Origin: Lama glama
Taxonomy: Eukaryota
Assembly: GCA_028534125.1 (NCBI GenBank)
Contig: CM052816.1
Span: 67,892,001-67,956,000, forward strand
Length of the DNA: 64,000 bases
Direction: 5' to 3'
The notes beneath the pieces were generated by a model. It saw only the letters and a list, made by a program, of their open reading frames with translations, searched no databases and had not been told where the DNA came from. Both the position numbers and the translations under genes were made by a program. Positions 62,709 through 64,000 of this stretch are shown piece by piece (the first letter of the stretch is position 1; the number at the start of each line of letters is the position of its first letter).

Positions 62709-62943
62709 ATTTTATTTACTTTTTTAATATATGTATTTTTATTGAAATATAGTCAGTTTACAACATTGTGTCAATTTCTGGTATACAGCACAATGTTTCA
62801 GTCATACTTGAACATATATATATTCATTTTCATATTCTTTTTCACCATAAGTTACTACAAGATATCAAACATAGTTCCCTGTGCTATACAGAATGAAGTT
62901 GTTGTTTATCTATTCTGTATATATCAGTTAGTATCTGCAAATG
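62709..62943 (-). mobile_element. Short L1 3' end with TSD
   Basis: L1 3' motif; TSD caatttctt (62700-62708 / 62944-62952). Confidence 0.88.
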
Positions 62944-62952
62944 CAATTTCTT

Positions 62953-64000
62953 TTTTTAGATTGAGGTATAATTAATTTACATTATAGTAGGTTCAGGTGT
63001 ACAGCATCGTGATTCAAAATTTCTACATATTATATTCCATTTTAATTTATTATAAAGAAACAAGTTTCTTCTGTATAGCACAGGAAACTATATTCAACAT
63101 CTTGCAATAACCTTTAATGAAAAAGAGTATGAAAATGAATATGTATGCATATGCATGACTGGGACATTGTGCTGTACATCAGAAATTGACACATTGTAAC
63201 TGACTATACTTAAATTAAAAATTTATTGTAAAATATTGACTATTTGCTGGGTTATACAATATATCCTTCTATCATTTATTTTCTACAGAGTAGTTTGTAC
63301 CTCTTAATTCCCTATGCCTATCTTGCATCTCCTGCCTTCCTTCTCCCTACTGGTAACCATTAATTTGTTCTTTATATTTGTGAATCTGTTTCTATTTTGT
63401 TGTACTAATGTATTTGTTTTACTTTTTAGATTCCACATATAAGTGATAACATACAATATTTGTCTTTCTCTCTCTGACTTAATTTCATTAAGTGTAGTAC
63501 CCTTCAGGTCCATCCATATTGTTGCAGATGGCAAAATTTCATCCTTTTTATGGTCAGGTAGTATTCCATTGTATATATACACCATATCTTATTTATTCAT
63601 TCACATCTGTTGATGGGCACTTAGGTTGCTTCCATATCTGGACTATTATAAATAATACTGCTGTGAACATTGGGACACAAGTATCTTTTCAAACTAGTGT
63701 TTTAGTTTTCTTCATATATATATATATCTAGGGGTGGAATTGCTGGATTATATGGTAGTTCTAATTTTAGTTTTTTGAGGAAGCTCCATTCTGTTTTGCA
63801 GAACCAGTCTACATTCCCATGTACAGTGTACAAAGGCTCACCTTTCTCCACATTCTCGTCAACATTTGTTATTTGTGGTCCTTTTGATGATAACCATTCT
63901 GACAGATGTGAGGTGATATTTCACTATGGTTTTGATTTGCATTTCTCTGATGGTTAGTGATACTAAGCATCTTTTCATGTGCCTGTTGGCCATCTGTATA
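62953..64000 (-). mobile_element. L1 3'UTR and ORF2 end (runs off the window), interrupted by a + strand L1 tail
   Basis: ORF piece HKKDEILPSATIWMDLKG is the end of L1 ORF2. Confidence 0.92.
63057..63219 (+). mobile_element. Short L1 3' end nested in the older L1
   Basis: TSD aatttattataaa (63044-63056) / aatttattgtaaa (63220-63232). Confidence 0.88.

Overview
Mammalian, repeat-rich non-coding DNA. Two tRNA-derived SINEs with the Vic-1 signature and cetartiodactyl-type L1 3' ends point to a camelid genome. I recognise no protein-coding gene, RNA gene, CRISPR array or prokaryote-type system. The ORF track is explained by chance ORFs and L1/LTR remnants. Much of the window is transposon debris: L1 of several ages, L2, MIR, MaLR/ERVL/ERV1 LTRs and hAT DNA elements. 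Several insertions have readable target-site duplications (TSDs) and are nested. The most notable items are: (i) a CpG-rich, 3'-truncated L1 5'UTR at 19.2-21.4 kb that hosts a solo LTR with a tandem CCAAT/octamer array; (ii) a TSD-flanked, polyadenylated retrocopy of an unidentified mRNA 3' end at 31.4-31.9 kb; (iii) an isolated ERVL reverse-transcriptase active-site fragment; (iv) exon-like segments, three of which join in phase to a hypothetical 184-aa basic ORF on the minus strand (unproven); (v) a strong minus-strand bias of L1s, which suggests a + strand host intron. Repeat family names come from remembered consensus sequences, not from a search. Boundaries are approximate unless a TSD is quoted.
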